A DNA stretch of 64,000 nt from Acidimicrobiales bacterium (GTDB lineage Bacteria; Actinomycetota; Acidimicrobiia; Acidimicrobiales; Bin134). Positions within the stretch are counted from its first letter, which is position 1. The number at the start of each line of letters is the position of its first letter. Location of the stretch: NCBI GenBank assembly GCA_963663255.1, contig OY760141.1:1823584-1887583 (forward strand), in the 5' to 3' direction. Below the pieces are notes generated by a model. It saw nothing but the letters and a program-made list of their open reading frames with translations, ran no database searches and was not told the origin of the DNA. Both the position numbers and the translations under genes were made by a program. Of the stretch, positions 19,664-31,056 are shown piece by piece.

Positions 19664-20746
19664 ATGACTGACACCCGCTTTGAAACCGGCGCCGCAGTTC
19701 ACGAGCTGCTCGACACCATGAAGGTCCTAGACCAGGAGTTCCTAGCGGGTCCCAAAGCGCTGGCCGACGATCAGGCTGTGCTGGAGGGATACCGGTGGAT
19801 CTTCTCCATCACCCAGGTGGCACTAGACGTGTACGTGTGGGCTGATACCAACCGCCCCCGGTTCACCGAGATCGTGGGCCCATATAAGAAGTGGGGCGGC
19901 GACAACTCTGACGCCTTTTATTTCATGACCCGGATCGACCCCTCCCGCACCTACCGGGTGACGGTGGATCCCGGCGACGCGGTGTACCTGTCGCTCACCG
20001 TGTACGGCGGCCCCGATGACGGCCGATACTCCGAGCGCATTGTTGGCACGCTCAACACCACGGAGATGACGCCCAACCCCGACGGCACCTACGAGATGGT
20101 CGTCAGCCCGAGCGACCACGACGGCAACTTTTTGAAGCTGGCCCCCGATGCGGTCGTGGCCTGCACCCGCGACTACATGAACGACCCGGTGAATGGTGAA
20201 AAGGCCCGTTGGCGCATCGAGTGTCAGGACCCCGCCCCTCCTTGGAGCGAGGTGCACACCGATGCCGAGGTAGCACGGCGCTTCCAGGCCGCCACTACCT
20301 GGGTGAAGGAACAGGCCGCCATGGTCCCCATTCCTCTGGGCACGATTAACCACATGGACGACCCGTTCCCGGTGCCTACCGTGACCTTCGGCTGGGCCGC
20401 GGGAGATGCTTCCTACGCCATGGGTGCCTTCGAGTTAGATGACGACGAGGCGCTGGTGTTGAGGGGGAACTCGCCGGAGTGTGCTTTCTGGAACATGTGC
20501 CTGTGGAATCAGTTCCTGCACTGCTTCAACTACGACTACGACGACGTCACCACCAACGGCTCAAAAGTGGAGTTGGACCCCGACGGGTCGTGGACCATCG
20601 TCTTGTCGGCGACCGATCCGGGAGTACCCAACTGGGTGTCCACCCAGGGTCGGCCCCACGGGCGCATCTGGTTCCGCTGGTTCCTGCCCGAGCAGACCCC
20701 CGACCCCATCAGTGCCGAGGTGGTGAAGCTGGCCGACCTGGGCTAG
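19664..20746 (+). CDS. DUF1214 domain protein
   Basis: GGDNSDAFY, YLSLTVY, DPGVPNWVSTQG, FRW; GGAGG SD. Confidence 0.75.
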   Translation: MTDTRFETGAAVHELLDTMKVLDQEFLAGPKALADDQAVLEGYRWIFSITQVALDVYVWADTNRPRFTEIVGPYKKWGGDNSDAFYFMTRIDPSRTYRVTVDPGDAVYLSLTVYGGPDDGRYSERIVGTLNTTEMTPNPDGTYEMVVSPSDHDGNFLKLAPDAVVACTRDYMNDPVNGEKARWRIECQDPAPPWSEVHTDAEVARRFQAATTWVKEQAAMVPIPLGTINHMDDPFPVPTVTFGWAAGDASYAMGAFELDDDEALVLRGNSPECAFWNMCLWNQFLHCFNYDYDDVTTNGSKVELDPDGSWTIVLSATDPGVPNWVSTQGRPHGRIWFRWFLPEQTPDPISAEVVKLADLG

Positions 20747-22002
20747 TGCTCTAGTTCAACCGCGAAACGGTCGGTGTAAAAGCTGAGCGCGTGGCGTCGC
20801 TCCTCTGCGGTCATGCCGAACTCAGCCAAGTCGTAGATCACCCGGCCATGCTTGCCGCGGGGGTGATCGTCCATGTAGGCGTCCATGGCCGCGTTGACGT
20901 CGGAGGTAAACGGCTGGTCGGCCAACTTGTAGATGCGCTCCACCATGGCCACGTCGTCGGCCATGAACTCATGGAACAGCACGTCGATGGACTGCTCCGG
21001 GGGAACCAAGTCGCGGTCGTCGGTGCACGACTGGAGCATGTCGGCGATGAGCTGGGCCCACCACTGGCCGATGCCGAAGACGTCCACCGGATGGGTGGCG
21101 CTCATGCGGGCCGAATAGCAGATCATGGTGGCGAACGAGGCGGTGATCGACACCGGATCGCGGTGGGTGAACACCACTGTGGCGTCGCCGAAAACGTTCA
21201 TCAAGGGGCCGATCTGCTCTAGGTGCTGGGGCGACTTGAGCACCCAGCGCTCCCGGGGTGGGCGCTGGTGGGTGAGCACTTTGAGAATCCGCTTGAGGTA
21301 CTGGTAGTGGGGAGTCTGGTCGTGCTCTTTGTAGTACGACCGCCACGTGGGCAGCACGGCCAGACAGTCGAAGAGCATGGTGGAGAAGTCGATGCCCAGC
21401 AGGTGGATCTCCTCGTGGACGTGATCCCAGGTCATCTCATGCATACGGTCGTAGTGGGGCATGGCCGTGTTGTGGATCACCAGCCCGTTCTTGGCCCGCT
21501 CGATGCGGCCTTCGGTGGTTCCGGCCTCCTCGGGAGGGGGAACCGGCTCCATGGCCTCCCACCATGGCAGTGACCTCAGCGCGGGGTCGGCAGAAATGAG
21601 GTTGTGCAAATGGGTAGTACCGGTGCGGGGAAGCCCGGCGATCACTATGGGTCGGTCGATGGGCACATCTAAGGCATCGGGATGGTCCTTGATGTACTGC
21701 TCAATGCGCAGCCGGTTGGCGGCAAAAGTGGTGAGCTGGCTAAAGCTGCTCACCCGGCCCATGGGGGAGTGGTCGGCTTCAGTGTCCAATGAGTGGCACA
21801 ACACCTCGAGCGGGGCGCGGAACTCGTCGGGGCCGAAGTCGCTGAGCCCGGTCTGAGCGGTGGCTGCACCCAGAATCGCCTCAGGACTCAGCTCGATCTG
21901 ATCGGCCATGGGCGCGGTCTGCTCCATCATCTGCACGATCTCGGGGGCCAGCACCGGTACGACGAGGTCCTCTATTCGGATAGGGGCAGGGCGGTCGCTC
22001 AC
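20743..22002 (-). CDS. Sulfotransferase family protein
   Basis: GLPRTGTT (5'-PSB), WVLKSPQH, THRDP; start reassigned to GTG 7 nt after TATTGT. Confidence 0.88.
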   Translation of the reverse strand: MSDRPAPIRIEDLVVPVLAPEIVQMMEQTAPMADQIELSPEAILGAATAQTGLSDFGPDEFRAPLEVLCHSLDTEADHSPMGRVSSFSQLTTFAANRLRIEQYIKDHPDALDVPIDRPIVIAGLPRTGTTHLHNLISADPALRSLPWWEAMEPVPPPEEAGTTEGRIERAKNGLVIHNTAMPHYDRMHEMTWDHVHEEIHLLGIDFSTMLFDCLAVLPTWRSYYKEHDQTPHYQYLKRILKVLTHQRPPRERWVLKSPQHLEQIGPLMNVFGDATVVFTHRDPVSITASFATMICYSARMSATHPVDVFGIGQWWAQLIADMLQSCTDDRDLVPPEQSIDVLFHEFMADDVAMVERIYKLADQPFTSDVNAAMDAYMDDHPRGKHGRVIYDLAEFGMTAEERRHALSFYTDRFAVELEH

Positions 22003-22126
22003 GTCCGGCACAATAGCGGTGCCATCGTCGAAGTGAGGCAGCCGGAGCCGTTCCACCAGATGCCCGCAGACGGCATCGGCAGGGGCGGACTTCAACGAGA
22101 GATGGGGTGGGGTACTTTGTTGCAGA

Positions 22127-24880
22127 ATGGTTAGTCCGCAGCGGCCGCAGGGTTCCGGCGAGAATCCCACGGCCACCGGGGTGATTATCCTCCTAACCGT
22201 AGGGGGAGCCGTTCTCGGTGGAGTGTTCGCCCAGTTTGGCGGAGTGGTGGCCGGCGGACTCATCGGGTTTCTCTTAGGACGCGACATCGAGAATCGGCGG
22301 CGGCTCGAAGATAATCGGCGGCGGCTCGAACAAATCGAGGGAGGTCTGACAAGAAGAGCTCGACCCGCCGCACCACCTCCACCTCCGCCAGGGCCAATCG
22401 CTCGGCCTCCAGCACCTCCTCCCACCGCTCCGCCGCCGCCGATGCCCCCCACCCCGGTATCACCCGCTCAAGTCGGGCACCGCGAGGCGGTCGAGACGAG
22501 GGTTGAGACAGAGCGTCCTGTTGAAATAGCGAAAAGGGTGACGAGCGCAGCCAAGGACTGGGTGTCCACCGGCAATGTACCGGTGAAAGTCGGCGTTCTG
22601 GTCTCCCTGGTCGGGATGGGCCTGTTGATCCGCGAAGGCAACGAGCGCGGCTTGATCACTGTGACGGTGGAGATGGTCCTGATCGCCGTGGCGGTTTTCG
22701 GTGCGGCGCTGCTCATCACGGGGTGGCAGTTCCGGCGCAGTCGCCCCATCTACGGCCTGAGCCTCCTAGGAGGCGGGATTGCGGTGCTGTATCTGACGAC
22801 GTACGCCGCCTTCGCCGGATACGACGTCTTGGCCGCTCCGTTGGCGCTGGTCTTTGTTGTCGTCATCACCGTGGGGGCGGGGATCATTGCCATCGTTCAG
22901 AACTCGCGAGTATTGGCGGTTCTCGGAATCATCGGCGGCTTTCTCGCTCCTGTGCTGTCCTACACCCAGCCTGAAGACCATGTGGTGGTCTTCACCTTCT
23001 ATGCCATCCTGAACGCCGCGATCGTGTGGATTGCCTGGTACAAGGTCTGGCCAGAGCTCACTCTGCTCGGTTTCGGCTTCACATTCGGCGTCACCGTGTA
23101 CTGGCTGGTCAGCCGCCACCTGGAGGAGGACTGGACCACCACGGAGCCGTTCGTTGCTCTGTTCCTGGCCATGTACACGGCGATTCCCGTGCTCTTTGCC
23201 GCCAGGAAGACCCTCGATGTCAAGAGCGTCGCAGATATGTGGTGGCTCGCCCCTCTGTCGTTGGGCACACCGTTCATCGGTTTGGGGGTTCATCAGCTCT
23301 TGCTGGGCCACACCGAAAATGGAATGTCAATCAGCACAGCGGGGGCCGCGCTGCTCTTTGCCACCGCGGCCCTCGCAACGCGGAGAATCGGCCGGCAAAA
23401 CAAGGAGTTGGTGGTCGCCTATGCCGGACTTGCGGTGGTCTTTATAGCAATCGCGATCCCATTTGCCTTCGATACCTACTACAGCTCGACCGCTTGGGCC
23501 GGTCAAGGTGTTCTGCTGCTCTGGATTGGAAGCCGCAAAGCCCAGTGGTTGGCTGCCAGCGCAGGAGGCGCCCTTCAGGTTCTTGCCGGTTTCGCCATGG
23601 CCCTGCACTTGAATGATTGGCTTCCCTATCCACAAGACGAACAGCCCATCGCCAATAAGTACTTCTTGGGAACTGCCCTGATCGCAGCCGCGGGCATCGT
23701 GTCCGGGTTGCAGCTTCAGAGGGGAAGGAAGCAGGCCGCCCTCGATTCAATCGCCGCCTGGGTGGCATTGGCGTGGGGCGTCGGCTGGTGGTTGGTAGCC
23801 GGCAACTTGGAGATCGACTACCACATCCCATCGGCCCAGCTGTCTGCGTCCCTCCTGTTCGTGGTGCTCTCACTTGGGCTGGCTGCCTACTCGGCTCGAA
23901 GATTGCGGTGGATGAACCTTGCCGCGTGGGGAGCACTGATTCTTCCCACCATGGCCGTGGTTCTGGGCGTCTCCCTCGGCACGCAGTCCCATCCGTTCGC
24001 ACTCTACGGATGGTTGGCATGGCCGGTAGTCCTGGCTGCCAACTACGCCCTGTTGCACAACTACTCGGGTGAGCATCCCCGATTCGAGCAGCTGCTGCAC
24101 CCAGGAAGTTTCTGGGTGCTATCTGTACTTGTCGGCGCGGAGGTTCATTGGCAGGTCGACCGGGCCGCCGATGAGGTATGGCCGATTGTCTCTGCCTGCC
24201 TGGCCGGAATGGTTCTGGCGAGCGGAACCTTGTGGGGATCACGCGCCTTGAAATGGCCGCTTCGCTCTCATCGACCGGTCTATCTGATGTTCGGCGTCGG
24301 GCCGGTATTGGCTGGGTTGTCGGTCGCGGTTGCAATCTTGCTGTTCATTTCTGATGGGGATCCCACGCCGCTGCGCTATGTGCCGGTGCTGAACCCGTTG
24401 GAATTGACCGCAATTGTGCTGTTGGCCGTGTCGCTCATGTGGCGACGGGCGGCGGCGGCTGAGGGAGCCCGCGGGCTCCAAGGGTTCGTCGAGGGATCTT
24501 GGGTGCCAGCGCTGGCCGCAGCCGGCACGGTGTTCGCAACCTTGGCCGCGGTCAGAACCGTCCACCATTGGGGGGATGTCCCGTTCGATTCCGATTCGAT
24601 GTTCGACTCCACTGCCCTTCAGACCTCGCTGTCCATTCTCTGGACGCTCATCGCGTTGTCAGCAATGGTCGAGGGAGTGCGCCGAGGTCGCCGGCCGGTG
24701 TGGATAGCGGGCGCTTCGTTCATGGGCGTAGTGGTGCTCAAGCTGTTCCTCATCGATCTCCGAAACCAGGACACCGTCGGCCGCGTGGTGTCGTTCATCG
24801 CGGTCGGCATCCTTCTGCTAATCGTCGGATATCTTGCACCAGTCCCCCCAGCAGAACCGGCAGTCGACCGTGCCGAATAG
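22127..24880 (+). CDS. DUF2339 family polytopic membrane protein
   Basis: GNVPVKVG, LGIIGGFLAP, VVLKLFLIDL..RVVSFIAVG..VGYLAPVPP; Pro-rich linker. Confidence 0.85.
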   Translation: MVSPQRPQGSGENPTATGVIILLTVGGAVLGGVFAQFGGVVAGGLIGFLLGRDIENRRRLEDNRRRLEQIEGGLTRRARPAAPPPPPPGPIARPPAPPPTAPPPPMPPTPVSPAQVGHREAVETRVETERPVEIAKRVTSAAKDWVSTGNVPVKVGVLVSLVGMGLLIREGNERGLITVTVEMVLIAVAVFGAALLITGWQFRRSRPIYGLSLLGGGIAVLYLTTYAAFAGYDVLAAPLALVFVVVITVGAGIIAIVQNSRVLAVLGIIGGFLAPVLSYTQPEDHVVVFTFYAILNAAIVWIAWYKVWPELTLLGFGFTFGVTVYWLVSRHLEEDWTTTEPFVALFLAMYTAIPVLFAARKTLDVKSVADMWWLAPLSLGTPFIGLGVHQLLLGHTENGMSISTAGAALLFATAALATRRIGRQNKELVVAYAGLAVVFIAIAIPFAFDTYYSSTAWAGQGVLLLWIGSRKAQWLAASAGGALQVLAGFAMALHLNDWLPYPQDEQPIANKYFLGTALIAAAGIVSGLQLQRGRKQAALDSIAAWVALAWGVGWWLVAGNLEIDYHIPSAQLSASLLFVVLSLGLAAYSARRLRWMNLAAWGALILPTMAVVLGVSLGTQSHPFALYGWLAWPVVLAANYALLHNYSGEHPRFEQLLHPGSFWVLSVLVGAEVHWQVDRAADEVWPIVSACLAGMVLASGTLWGSRALKWPLRSHRPVYLMFGVGPVLAGLSVAVAILLFISDGDPTPLRYVPVLNPLELTAIVLLAVSLMWRRAAAAEGARGLQGFVEGSWVPALAAAGTVFATLAAVRTVHHWGDVPFDSDSMFDSTALQTSLSILWTLIALSAMVEGVRRGRRPVWIAGASFMGVVVLKLFLIDLRNQDTVGRVVSFIAVGILLLIVGYLAPVPPAEPAVDRAE
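22292..22333 (+). repeat. In-frame 21-nt tandem duplication (NRRRLED/NRRRLEQ)
   Basis: aatcggcggcggctcgaagat followed by aatcggcggcggctcgaacaa. Confidence 0.85.
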
Positions 24881-24943
24881 TGCTCACGATCAAAGTGAAC
24901 GATCATCGGTGCTGAGGATCGAGCGACGGTAACGTCATCGCCT

Positions 24944-25714
24944 ATGGATCTAGGACTCCAAGAAGCTCGGGTGATTGTGACCGGGGGAAGCCGAGGGATC
25001 GGGGCGGCCGCGTCCAGGATTTTTGCCGATGAGGGGGGTCGGGTGGCTGTTGTCGCCCGCACCAATGCCGATGTGGAGGCACTGGCCGCAGAGATCGGCG
25101 GGATCCCGGTGATCGCCGACTTGTCGACTGCCGGCGGGGTGGTGGCGGCCATGAACGAGGCCATGGACCAACTGGGCGGAGTGGACGTGTTGGTCAACAA
25201 TGCCGGGTCCTCCACCGGGGGATCGATCCTCGACGCTGAAGAAGAGGCGTGGCAGGAGACGATCGACCTGAAGCTCATGGGGTATGTGCGGGCCATGCGA
25301 GCGGTGCTGCCGGCGATGCAGCAGCAGGGCTCGGGTTCAATTGTGAACGTGCTCGGGGTGGCCGGCACGGAAGCATCGCCTGGCTATGTGCTGGCTTGCA
25401 TCGTGACCGCGCTGACTCATGTGACTGCCTCGGCGGGACAACTGGTGGCCCCCGACGGGGTCCGGGTGGTGGCAGTGCACCCCGGGCCCACGGCCACCGA
25501 CCGATTGATGGAGATGGTGGCCAAAGCCGCTGAAGCCCAGGGGCTGAGCCCCCAGGAATTCGCCGACAAAGTGCTCGGGGGCCGGATTCCCCAGGGCCGG
25601 GTGGGCCGAGCCGACGAGGTGGCCCGGACAATTGTGTTCGCGGCCTCGGAGGCCTCCGGATTCACCAACGCCAGCCAGCTTTATGTGGACGGCGGCTCGG
25701 CGGCCAAGATCTGA
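24944..25714 (+). CDS. SDR family oxidoreductase (atypical active site)
   Basis: TGGSRGIG, NNAG, VDGG; no canonical YxxxK. Confidence 0.85.
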   Translation: MDLGLQEARVIVTGGSRGIGAAASRIFADEGGRVAVVARTNADVEALAAEIGGIPVIADLSTAGGVVAAMNEAMDQLGGVDVLVNNAGSSTGGSILDAEEEAWQETIDLKLMGYVRAMRAVLPAMQQQGSGSIVNVLGVAGTEASPGYVLACIVTALTHVTASAGQLVAPDGVRVVAVHPGPTATDRLMEMVAKAAEAQGLSPQEFADKVLGGRIPQGRVGRADEVARTIVFAASEASGFTNASQLYVDGGSAAKI

Positions 25715-25739
25715 GTCGCAACAGAAAAGGAATAGACCA

Positions 25740-26465
25740 ATGCCCCAGCATGTGCCCGAGATCGAGTGGACCGAGGATGCCCTGGAACTGCGGAAGTTCG
25801 TGTTCGACTACTGGGGGGAGAACAAGCGGGCTCCCAACTTGGCCGCAATGCACGCTGGGACCGGCATCGAGCGGCGCCGCTTGTTGGAGGCGCTCAAGCT
25901 GTTGCAGTTGGGGATTGTGTTCGTGATCGACGAGGCCTCGCCCAACTGCGACATCTTGAAGGCCCCGCCGTTCTCGGCGTTTCCCAGCCAGGTGGAGATG
26001 TTCATCGACGGTGAGTTCCACAGCTACATCGGCTGCGCCCACGAGGGGATCGGTGTGTCGTGGACCCCGTACTTCCGAGGCAAGGAAGTGGAGTTGCGGA
26101 CCTACGACGCCCACACGCTGGAGCCCATCACCCTGGTGTCGAAGGATTTCAAGCTGATCTCAGCCGAGCCATCCGAGCCTTTGATTCTGTGCACCGAAGT
26201 GATCTGGGATTGGGTGAGCACCGACATGAAGCACATGTGCGACCACACCAACTTCGTGCTGAACCGTGAGAACGGGGCCGCCTACGAGGCGTCTCTCGGC
26301 CGGCGGGGCATCTACTTCACCGTCGACCAGGTGGCCGAGTACATCGCTTTCGTGCTGAATATCCGCATTTACGAATACCACTGGCCAGCCATGACCATGG
26401 ATCCCCCCTTGATCATCGACCGACTCCGCGAGCTCCAGGTAGATCTGAGCCCCTGGGGGTTGTAG
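25740..26465 (+). CDS. MerB-like (alkylmercury lyase fold) protein
   Basis: N-terminal HTH-like region, APPFSAFPS, GCAHEG (MerB CxxD-like), MCDHTNF. Confidence 0.6.
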   Translation: MPQHVPEIEWTEDALELRKFVFDYWGENKRAPNLAAMHAGTGIERRRLLEALKLLQLGIVFVIDEASPNCDILKAPPFSAFPSQVEMFIDGEFHSYIGCAHEGIGVSWTPYFRGKEVELRTYDAHTLEPITLVSKDFKLISAEPSEPLILCTEVIWDWVSTDMKHMCDHTNFVLNRENGAAYEASLGRRGIYFTVDQVAEYIAFVLNIRIYEYHWPAMTMDPPLIIDRLRELQVDLSPWGL

Positions 26466-26479
26466 GGCGAGGAGCCTGG

Positions 26480-28648
26480 CTAGCCGGCTGCCTTCTGGCG
26501 GCGGCGGTGGGCGGTGAGGATCGCCTCGGTATAGCCGTTGGGCTGGTCGCGACCTTCGAGCACCAGGGCCAGGGCCGCGTTGAACGGGATGCTGGCCGAG
26601 AAATCGCTGCTCATGGGCTCATAGTCGGGATCGTCGGCGTTCTGGCTGTCCACCACTGAGGACATCCGCCGCATGGCCTCAACCACCTGTACTTCGGACA
26701 GCAGCCCGTGGTGGAGCCAATTCGCGATGTGCTGAGAAGAAATTCGCAGGGTGGCCCGATCCTCCATAAGCCCGATGTTGTCGATATCGGGCACCTTGGA
26801 GCAACCCACTCCCTGGCCCACCCACCGGGTTACGTATCCCAAGATGCCCTGGGCGTTGTTGTCTAGTTCCCGCTGAATCTCGGCGGGGGACAACTCGCGG
26901 TCGGGTGGAAGCACAGCGGGGGTCAGCATGGCTTGGACGGCGGAGTCACGGCCTGTGGAGGAGGCAGCCAATTCGCGTTGACGGGCAGCCACATCAGTCT
27001 CCAGATAGTGCAGGGCGTGAAGGGTGGCTGCGGTGGGAGAGGGGACCCACGCCGTTGACGCCCCCGCTTGGGGGTGACCGGTCTTTTCGCTCATCATGGC
27101 GGCCATATCGTCGGGTCTGGCCCACATGCCTTTGCCAATTTGCGCGTGCCCTGGCAAGCCCATCGCCAGCCCGACGGCCACGTTGGCCTCCTCGTACGCG
27201 GTCAGCCACCTCGACGTCTTGATCTCCGCCTTGGGGATCATGGGGCCGGCGTTCATGTTGGTGTGGATGTCGTCTCCAGTGCGGTCCAAGAAACCGGTGT
27301 TGATGAACACCACCCGTTCGGAAGCCTCGGCGATGCAAGCACCGAGGTTGAGCGACGTGCGGCGCTCCTCGTCCATGATCCCCATCTTCAAGGTGTTAGG
27401 GGCAAGACCCAGAGTGTCTTCAATAGCGGTAAACAGTTCCCGAACCAATGCGGTTTCGCGGGGGCCGTGCAGCTTCGGCATCACGATATAGACCGACCCG
27501 GTACGGCTATTTCGATGGGGTCCGGTTCCGGCCAGATCGGACTTTGCGCACCAGGCGGCTACTGCAACGTCGATGATCGTCTCAGGAATCGACTGATCGT
27601 GCACTCGCACCATGTCGCTATCCATATGCAGGCCTACGCTGCGAATCAGCATGACGCTGCGCCGCCGCACAGTCATCGGATTCCCCGACGGATCAAGCGC
27701 TGCCGAGTCGGCATTCAGGCTGCGGGTTACGGCCCGACCGCCTTTGGCGAACGAAGCAGTGAGATTGCCCTGCATCAGGCCAAGCCAGTTTGCGTAGGCC
27801 CGGGCCTTATCATCGGCGTCCACCGCGGCCACCGAATCCTCGAGATCCATGATGGTGGTAAGGGCCGATTCCATCATCACGTCGGCAATCCCCGCAGGGT
27901 CATCTCGGCCGATGTCGTGGTTCCGATCGATCACCAGCTCAATGTGAAGCCCGTGCTTTTGCAGCAGCACCGTTTCGGGAGCCGACGCGTCGCCAGCGTG
28001 GCCGGCGAACTGTTCAGGATCGGCCAGACCAGCTGATACACCGTCGGACAGGTCCACTTGTAGTCCGCCATCGGACACCGCATAGGCCACTGCGTCGGCA
28101 TGCGATCCTGAAGCCAAGGGGATATGGCTGTCCAGCAGTGATCGAACTCGGTCGATCACCCGCTGACCCCGTACTGGGTTGTACGGCCCGGCTCGCCCAG
28201 CTCCTCCCAATTCGTCAATGGCATCGGTTCCGTAGAAGGCGTCATACAGGCTGCCCCAGCGGGCATTGGCCGCGTTGAGGGCATAGCGGGCGTTGTCCAC
28301 TGGCACCACGAGCTGCGGTCCGGCCATCAATGCGATCTCCGGGTCGACTCCCTCGGTGGCCACTGACTTGGGACCGGGGTCATCGACCAGATAGCCAATA
28401 GACCGCAAGAAGGCATTGGCCTCCTCGGGCTGTCTTTCGGGGTCTTGGTGCCAAGCGTCAATCTGGGCCTGGAGATCGTCTCGCTCGTTGCGGCATGCCT
28501 GAACTTGCGGTCGAAAGCGCTCAACGATACCGCCGAATGAGGTCCAGAATTCCTCAGGGTCCACTCCAGTACCCGGCGCCAGCCGGTTGGAAATGAAGTC
28601 GGCCAGAGGGCTGGCCACCTTCAGCCTTCCAATCGTTTCGTAGACCAC
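26480..28648 (-). CDS. glcB: Malate synthase G
   Basis: [63 protein letters not shown]. Confidence 0.97.
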   Translation of the reverse strand: MVYETIGRLKVASPLADFISNRLAPGTGVDPEEFWTSFGGIVERFRPQVQACRNERDDLQAQIDAWHQDPERQPEEANAFLRSIGYLVDDPGPKSVATEGVDPEIALMAGPQLVVPVDNARYALNAANARWGSLYDAFYGTDAIDELGGAGRAGPYNPVRGQRVIDRVRSLLDSHIPLASGSHADAVAYAVSDGGLQVDLSDGVSAGLADPEQFAGHAGDASAPETVLLQKHGLHIELVIDRNHDIGRDDPAGIADVMMESALTTIMDLEDSVAAVDADDKARAYANWLGLMQGNLTASFAKGGRAVTRSLNADSAALDPSGNPMTVRRRSVMLIRSVGLHMDSDMVRVHDQSIPETIIDVAVAAWCAKSDLAGTGPHRNSRTGSVYIVMPKLHGPRETALVRELFTAIEDTLGLAPNTLKMGIMDEERRTSLNLGACIAEASERVVFINTGFLDRTGDDIHTNMNAGPMIPKAEIKTSRWLTAYEEANVAVGLAMGLPGHAQIGKGMWARPDDMAAMMSEKTGHPQAGASTAWVPSPTAATLHALHYLETDVAARQRELAASSTGRDSAVQAMLTPAVLPPDRELSPAEIQRELDNNAQGILGYVTRWVGQGVGCSKVPDIDNIGLMEDRATLRISSQHIANWLHHGLLSEVQVVEAMRRMSSVVDSQNADDPDYEPMSSDFSASIPFNAALALVLEGRDQPNGYTEAILTAHRRRQKAAG

Positions 28649-28785
28649 GAGAAGTCAGGGTAGGTCCGGGCAAGCCTGTTTTCTTATGCAAGATCAGATT
28701 TCCCGCGAATAAAGGTGCAGTTAGAAGCGGTGCGATTGCTAGCCTGCCCGATCAACAGCCCTCTAGCCACCAAAGAGGTATCAGC

Positions 28786-31056
28786 ATGGCCGTCAACGCT
28801 GCCGGTTCATTCGATGCCGAGGTCCGATCCGCCCAAGCGTGGATGGCCTCGCCCCGCTTCGAGGGGGTGACCCGCCTGTACTCGGCTCGCCAAGTGGTGG
28901 AGCAACGCGGAGCGATTGACCAGGACTACACCGTGGCTCGCGTAGCCGCTGACCGCTTCTACGCCCGTCTGCGTGAGCTGTTCGACGAGGGCCAGTGCAT
29001 CTCCACGTTTGGCCCGTATTCCCCGGGCCAGGCCGTTGCCATGAAGCGCGCGGGGATCGAGGGGATCTACCTGGGTGGATGGGCTACGTCGGCCAAGGGA
29101 TCTCTGCACGAAGACCCTGGACCTGACCTGGCCAGCTACCCCTTGAGCATGGTGCCCGACGAGGCTGCCGGACTGGTGAGGGCGCTGTTGACCGCCGACC
29201 GCAACCAGCGCTTCGCCCGGTCCCGGATGACCGCATCGGAGCGCCTGGCCAACCCGATGGTCGATTTCACCCCCAGCATCATCGCCGATGCCGACACTGG
29301 TCACGGCGGCGATGCCCATGTCCGCAATCTGATCCGCCGCTTCGTGGAGGCTGGTGTACCCGGCTATCACATCGAAGATCAAAAGCCCGGCGTCAAGAAG
29401 TGCGGTCATCAGGGTGGCAAGGTTCTGGTGCCGTGCGATGAGCAGATCAAGCGGTTGAACGCAACCCGGTTCCAGCTCGACGTGATGGGAGTTCCCGGCA
29501 TCATCGTGGCCCGCACCGACGCGGAGGCGGCCAACCTATTGGACGGCGGTACTGACGAGCGCGATCAGCCGTTCATCATGGGGGCTACTCAGCTAGCGGT
29601 CCCCTCATACAAGGACGCCTACTTGGCGGTATTGCGCCGCCTGTCCGAGGTCGGTGTGGAGGGTGTGAACGGCCACCTGCTGTATGCCGTGCCCGAGAGC
29701 CGCTACAAGCGAGCTATGGGTTGGCTCGATCAGACCGGTGTTAACCAGATCATTGAGAAGACAGCGGTCACCTACCACTCCTCGCCCGACCCCCGAACCG
29801 ACGAAGCAGTGGACCGGGTCTCCGATGCGCTGGCCGAGGCATGGCACCGGGCATCGGGTTTGGCCACCTTTGCCCAGGCGGTTGCCGACCAGTTGGCGAT
29901 GCGGTCAGCGGAGGGGGAGACCTTTGGAATGGATGTGGGGGAGTGGCTTGGCTACGCCCGCACGGTTGACACTGACACCGCTCGGGAACGGGCTGTGGAG
30001 ATGGGCCTGGATGTGGCCTGGGATCCCGAGGTGGCCCGGACCACCGAGGGGTACTACCAGGTGCAGGGCGGGATCCCCTATGCCGTGGCCAAGTCGCTGG
30101 CGGTGGCTCCGTTCTGCGATTTGCTGTGGATGGAGACCAAGACGGCCGACCTGGAGGATGCCCGAGAGTTTGCCGAGGCCGTCCATGCGGTGTATCCGGA
30201 CAAGATGCTGGCCTACAACCTGTCGCCGTCGTTCAACTGGGACACCACCGGTATGAGCGAGGACGAGATGCGGCAATTCCCCGCGGAATTGGGCCGGTTG
30301 GGGTTCGTGTTCAATTTCATCACCTACGGCGGCCACCAAGTGGATGGAATGGCGGGGGAGGAGTTCGCCGCCTCCCTCCAACAGGACGGAATGCTGGCCT
30401 TGGCCCGGCTTCAGCGGAGGTTCCGTTTGGTGGATTCCCCATATAGGACGCCACAGACCCTGGTTGGCGGGCCTCGACTTGATGCCGCGCTTATGGCCAG
30501 CTCGGGGCGAACCGCCACCACCCGGGCCATGGGCAAGGGCTCAACCCAGTTCCAGCACCTGGTGCAGACCGAGGTTCCCACCCGAGAGCTCGAGGCTTGG
30601 CTGGAGCGCTGGGCGGCCCACAACACCATCGACGCCCAGCTGAAAGTGAAGCTGCGCCCCTACACCGCCGGGTCGGAGATCCTCGAGCTGGTGGTGTATA
30701 GCGGTGACAACGACTTGGCCAACGTTGTGTTCGGGGTGCTGACCGACCGGCGGGGCCGGGCCATCCTCTCCGTGCGGGATCAGAACACCCACAGCCCGGC
30801 ATTGCGCCGCAAGCGGCTGATGGCGCTCATGCACCTGTACCTCATCCGCCGCTACAGCGCGGTGTCGATCCAATACCTCACGCCTACCGAGGACAACTAT
30901 CGCCAGGCCGTGGGAATGAAGGAGCTCGGCTTCTTCGCCTCAGTTTCCGACGAGGTGGGCGAGATCATCGTCGCCGACGTCGACGAGGCAGTGGTGACCA
31001 AGCTGGTGAGCGAGGATGACGCCTTGCAGGAGCTAATCCAAGGTCGGGGCGCCTAG
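28786..31056 (+). CDS. aceA: Isocitrate lyase, long ICL2 type
   Basis: [33 protein letters not shown]; C-terminal VRDQNT..LRRKRLM domain; 756 aa. Confidence 0.95.
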   Translation: MAVNAAGSFDAEVRSAQAWMASPRFEGVTRLYSARQVVEQRGAIDQDYTVARVAADRFYARLRELFDEGQCISTFGPYSPGQAVAMKRAGIEGIYLGGWATSAKGSLHEDPGPDLASYPLSMVPDEAAGLVRALLTADRNQRFARSRMTASERLANPMVDFTPSIIADADTGHGGDAHVRNLIRRFVEAGVPGYHIEDQKPGVKKCGHQGGKVLVPCDEQIKRLNATRFQLDVMGVPGIIVARTDAEAANLLDGGTDERDQPFIMGATQLAVPSYKDAYLAVLRRLSEVGVEGVNGHLLYAVPESRYKRAMGWLDQTGVNQIIEKTAVTYHSSPDPRTDEAVDRVSDALAEAWHRASGLATFAQAVADQLAMRSAEGETFGMDVGEWLGYARTVDTDTARERAVEMGLDVAWDPEVARTTEGYYQVQGGIPYAVAKSLAVAPFCDLLWMETKTADLEDAREFAEAVHAVYPDKMLAYNLSPSFNWDTTGMSEDEMRQFPAELGRLGFVFNFITYGGHQVDGMAGEEFAASLQQDGMLALARLQRRFRLVDSPYRTPQTLVGGPRLDAALMASSGRTATTRAMGKGSTQFQHLVQTEVPTRELEAWLERWAAHNTIDAQLKVKLRPYTAGSEILELVVYSGDNDLANVVFGVLTDRRGRAILSVRDQNTHSPALRRKRLMALMHLYLIRRYSAVSIQYLTPTEDNYRQAVGMKELGFFASVSDEVGEIIVADVDEAVVTKLVSEDDALQELIQGRGA

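Noticed and set aside
22003-22452. N-terminal extension of the 569-aa sulfotransferase ORF
   Set aside because: Largely antisense to the DUF2339 gene; a better GTG start with a -10 box is at 22002.
28675-28700. RamB/PrpR operator (TTATGCAAG) between glcB and aceA
   Set aside because: Only a weak partial match to the TTTGCAAA core.
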